NCBI GenBank assembly: GCA_009843005.1
Contig: VYEH01000327.1
Span: forward strand, 4,369 to 34,931
Origin: Pseudomonadota bacterium
GTDB lineage: Bacteria; Pseudomonadota; Gammaproteobacteria; Steroidobacterales; Rariloculaceae
Reading direction: 5' to 3'
Length of the DNA: 30,563 nucleotides
Position numbers and translations under genes: made by a program. Shown here one piece after another: positions 27,411-30,563 of this stretch. Position 1 is the stretch's first letter, and every line of letters starts with the position of its first letter. Under the pieces are notes generated by a model. That model made no database searches. It worked only from the letters and a program-made list of their open reading frames with translations, and had not been told where the DNA came from.

Positions 27411-28703
27411 ATGGCAATGAACATCAGTGTTGGATCACGCGGCATGTTGACGCTGGTTGTGGGCGCCGTGATGGCGGTCACCCTGGCAACCGATGACTTG
27501 ACGGCGCAAGAGGCGCCCGGCTTCCTGTTCGACCCCACCTGGCCAAAGCCGCTGCCCAACAACTGGAAGATCGGCGGCATCACCGGTCTTGCCGTGGATG
27601 CTGACGACAATGTCTGGGTACTGAACCGGCCGAACGACCTGACGGCCCTGGAACTGCGGGTCGAACCGTCGCCGCCGATCGCGCTGTGCTGCGCGCGCCC
27701 GCCGTCGATGATTCACTTCGACAGGAACGGCAATGTCATCGGATCGTTCGATGCGCCCCAGGGACACGGCATGGATGTGGACAACGAGGGATTCGTTTAC
27801 ATCGGCCAGGACACAGTCCGCAAATACGACCCGAACACCGGTCAGGTCGTCGCCGAAATCGCGCGCACGCCGGAGCGAGAGGGTGGCGCACGTGTCGGAC
27901 TCCCGCCGCCCACCGCTCGCGAGCCCGGACAGGGCGGCCGCGGTCCCGTCATCAATTTCATTACGCCCCGTCCGGCCCCCGAACCCGCCGTGCTTGCCCA
28001 GCGGCAGATGGCGGTTGCGGCGTTCCGCGAGCAGTATCCCCCGGAGACGCCCATGGTCGTGGGTGGGATCGAGGAGATCCGCATCATCGACGAGGACAAC
28101 GAGATTTACGTCGCCGACAATTACCTGGGCGGACGGATTCTGGTCTTCGATCTGGAGACACTGGAGTTCAAGCGTGGCTGGGGCGCCTATGGCAAGCCTC
28201 TCGCCGAGATCAGCGTTGACGATGCCGACCACGATTACACGCCCAATGGCCCGATGCCCCCGGACTTCGTCGGTCACCTGACCGTCAACGTCTCCCACGA
28301 CGGTTTGGTGTACGCGGCGGACCGCAACGGAAACCGCATTCACGTCACCACCAAAGAAGGGGAGTTCCTGCAGGAATTCGTTCTGGCGCCCCAGACCGGC
28401 GCCGGCGGTTCAACCGGGGGCGTGGCTTTCTCGCACGATCCCGAGCAGCGCTTTCTCTACATCTCCGATCTCACCAACAACAGGATCTGGTTCCTGAACC
28501 GCGAAGACGGAACCCTTGTTGGGGAGATGGGGACGATGGCCGACAACGGTGGTCAGTTCTTCGGGCTGCACATGATCGCCGTGGATTCCGACGGGAACAT
28601 CTACACGGGCGAAGTCTTTACCGGCCAGCGCGTCCAGAGGTTCGTCCCCGAGGACAGCGAGAGGGGCGAGCTGCTCACGCAACTGGCCGAAATGCAGTTC
28701 TAG
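27411..28703 (+). CDS. Secreted NHL-repeat beta-propeller (peptidyl-alpha-hydroxyglycine amidating lyase-like)
   Basis: AGGAGG RBS, signal peptide, DPTWPKPLP, GLAVDADDNVWV, DGLVYAADRNGNRI and HMIAVDSDGNIYTGEV. Confidence 0.8.
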   Translation: MAMNISVGSRGMLTLVVGAVMAVTLATDDLTAQEAPGFLFDPTWPKPLPNNWKIGGITGLAVDADDNVWVLNRPNDLTALELRVEPSPPIALCCARPPSMIHFDRNGNVIGSFDAPQGHGMDVDNEGFVYIGQDTVRKYDPNTGQVVAEIARTPEREGGARVGLPPPTAREPGQGGRGPVINFITPRPAPEPAVLAQRQMAVAAFREQYPPETPMVVGGIEEIRIIDEDNEIYVADNYLGGRILVFDLETLEFKRGWGAYGKPLAEISVDDADHDYTPNGPMPPDFVGHLTVNVSHDGLVYAADRNGNRIHVTTKEGEFLQEFVLAPQTGAGGSTGGVAFSHDPEQRFLYISDLTNNRIWFLNREDGTLVGEMGTMADNGGQFFGLHMIAVDSDGNIYTGEVFTGQRVQRFVPEDSERGELLTQLAEMQF

Positions 28704-28741
28704 GTCAGGGTGTGTCGGCGCCGGATCTCAGTGTAGCAATT

Positions 28742-28828
<87 letters not shown>

Positions 28829-28878
28829 CGGGGTAGGAAGGCGCCAGAATTTACTGGCTGTACCCATGAGTGTCAATC

Positions 28879-30563
28879 GTGAATAGCAGCCGGTATCGCC
28901 ATCCCATCCCGTCGCGCCCCGAGATCATCAATGCGATGGAGCGGGCAGGGCGTCCACTCACGCTTGTTTCCCTCGCGGGGCATTTGCGGCTCAAGGGCTC
29001 CAGGAATGAGGGGGCACTCAGGCGCCGGCTCAAGGCCATGGTCCGGGACGGGCAGCTCATTCGCAATCGCGCGCGAGAATACTGCCTGGCGCACCATCTG
29101 GATCTTGTCATTGGCCGGGTGCGCGCGCACAAGGACGGTTACGGCTTTCTCACGCCGGACAGTGGTGAAGAGGACATCTTCCTTTCTTCCAGGGAAATGG
29201 GCCGCCTGTGGGGCGGGGATCGAGTGGCCGCGCGCATCAGCGTCACTCATCGCGGCTCCGAGGGCCGCGTGGTCGAGATTCTTGAGCGTGCCGTCAGTGA
29301 GGTCGCCGGGCGCCTGGTGAGCGATCGGGGAATCGACTGGGTGGAAGTGGAAGGGCGTGAGCGGACACGGGTGCTCATTCCCGGGGGGCAGGGCCGGGGC
29401 GCCAAGGAGGACGACCTGGTTCGTGCCGAGATAACCGCGCATCCCACCAGACGAACCAATGCCATAGGGCGAGTCATTCACGTGCTTGGCGATTTCGACG
29501 ATCCGGGCGCGCAAACCCTGTCAGTTATCCTGTCGCACGGGATTCCGTACGAATTCTCTCTCCAGGTCGAGGCGGAGGCGGCAGAGATGCCCTCCGGCGT
29601 CACCCCCGACGCTCGGCGCGGGCGCAAGGACCTGCGCAAACTGCCCCTGGTCACTATCGACGGCGCGGATGCGAAGGACTTTGACGACGCGGTCTACTGC
29701 GAACCGAACGACAATGGCTGGCGGCTGATCGTGGCGATTGCCGATGTCGGCCAATACGTTCGCCCGGAGACCGGACTGGATGAAGCGGCCCGGGAGCGGG
29801 GAACCTCGGTTTATTTCCCGGACCGCGTTGTTCCCATGTTGCCCGAAACGCTTTCCAATGGGCTGTGCTCGTTACAACCCCGTCAGGACAGACTCTGCCT
29901 GTGCTGCGACATGACCGTTTCGCGGCAGGGCGAGGTAAGGCAGTCCCGGTTCTACGAGGCGGTCATGCGCTCGGTCCGGCGATTTACATACGGCGAAGCT
30001 GCCCGGGTGCTGTCCGGAGAGTCAGGCAATGACAACGTTCCTGCGGCGGATTCGGCCACGTTTCGCAGCCTGAAGGCACTGGCCGATGTGTATGCCGCGT
30101 TCCTGGCGCGTCGGTGCGATCGGGGCGGACTGGAATTCAATCCGAGTGAAGTCGTCCTCGAACTGGATGACCGGGGTCGGATTTCCAGCATTGCGCCCCG
30201 GCAGCGGCTCGTCACCCATCGCATCATCGAGGAGTGCATGATCGCCGCCAATGTGGAGGCCGCCAAGTGGCTCCGGAAAGCCCGTATCCCAAGCCTGTAC
30301 CGGGTGCATGAAGGACCGGGGCCGGAGCGTGTCGACGAGTTGATCCTGTTTCTGCGCACGCTGGGCATCACGTCAGTTTCGCCCGGTCGCCTGCAACCCG
30401 CCGACATGAACCGGATACTGAAGGCAACCGCATCGGGCCCGGAGGCCGAACTGGTGGAGACCATGTTGCTTCGCTGCATGGCCCGCGCGGAGTACAGGCC
30501 CAAGAACAACGGCCACTTCGGACTTGCGCTGCCCGCCTATGCGCATTTCACCTCGCCCATTCG
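28879..30563 (+). CDS. rnr: Ribonuclease R (runs off the window end)
   Basis: Manual translation: HPIPSR, HKDGYGF, LVTIDGADAKDFDDA, RGTSVYFPDRVVPMLP, HRIIEECMIAAN and YAHFTSPIR. No stop before the end. The start is GTG 28879 or 28870. Confidence 0.95.
   Translation, partial: MNSSRYRHPIPSRPEIINAMERAGRPLTLVSLAGHLRLKGSRNEGALRRRLKAMVRDGQLIRNRAREYCLAHHLDLVIGRVRAHKDGYGFLTPDSGEEDIFLSSREMGRLWGGDRVAARISVTHRGSEGRVVEILERAVSEVAGRLVSDRGIDWVEVEGRERTRVLIPGGQGRGAKEDDLVRAEITAHPTRRTNAIGRVIHVLGDFDDPGAQTLSVILSHGIPYEFSLQVEAEAAEMPSGVTPDARRGRKDLRKLPLVTIDGADAKDFDDAVYCEPNDNGWRLIVAIADVGQYVRPETGLDEAARERGTSVYFPDRVVPMLPETLSNGLCSLQPRQDRLCLCCDMTVSRQGEVRQSRFYEAVMRSVRRFTYGEAARVLSGESGNDNVPAADSATFRSLKALADVYAAFLARRCDRGGLEFNPSEVVLELDDRGRISSIAPRQRLVTHRIIEECMIAANVEAAKWLRKARIPSLYRVHEGPGPERVDELILFLRTLGITSVSPGRLQPADMNRILKATASGPEAELVETMLLRCMARAEYRPKNNGHFGLALPAYAHFTSPI

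Noticed and set aside
28879-30563. Absence of rnr from the ORF track suggesting a pseudogene
   Set aside because: Checked motifs from the start through the catalytic region stay in one frame; the gene is simply truncated by the window edge.

Overview
GC-rich proteobacterial chromosomal segment, probably Gammaproteobacteria-like (judged from rnr and the divergent tRNA-Leu(CAG) at the right end). Nearly everything left of the tRNA is an accessory block. Its core is a hydroquinone/hydroxyquinol catabolic gene set split into two convergent operons. The - strand carries a tannase-family esterase, a two-subunit hydroquinone 1,2-dioxygenase (hapCD-like), 4-hydroxymuconic semialdehyde dehydrogenase, a Rieske ferredoxin and a CobS/CobT-like AAA+/vWA pair with no cobN in the window. 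The + strand carries DUF6152-type proteins, an esterase, a PQQ dehydrogenase, maleylacetate reductase and an intradiol hydroxyquinol dioxygenase. Also present are a glutathionyl-hydroquinone reductase (yqjG), a fused 3-oxoacid CoA-transferase broken by one in-frame TAG, an internally deleted Tat flavoprotein with a C-terminal diheme domain, an OmpR-family two-component system and many secreted proteins of unknown function. The best candidates for undescribed biology are (1) the Rieske-CobS-CobT module coupled to the hydroquinone dioxygenase operon, a possible metallocentre chaperone, and (2) the repeated DUF6152 (predicted mature N-terminal HH) plus TTHL-motif partner-domain module, fused in one gene. 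Family assignments come from motif recognition without database searches. Some local substitutions may be sequencing errors.
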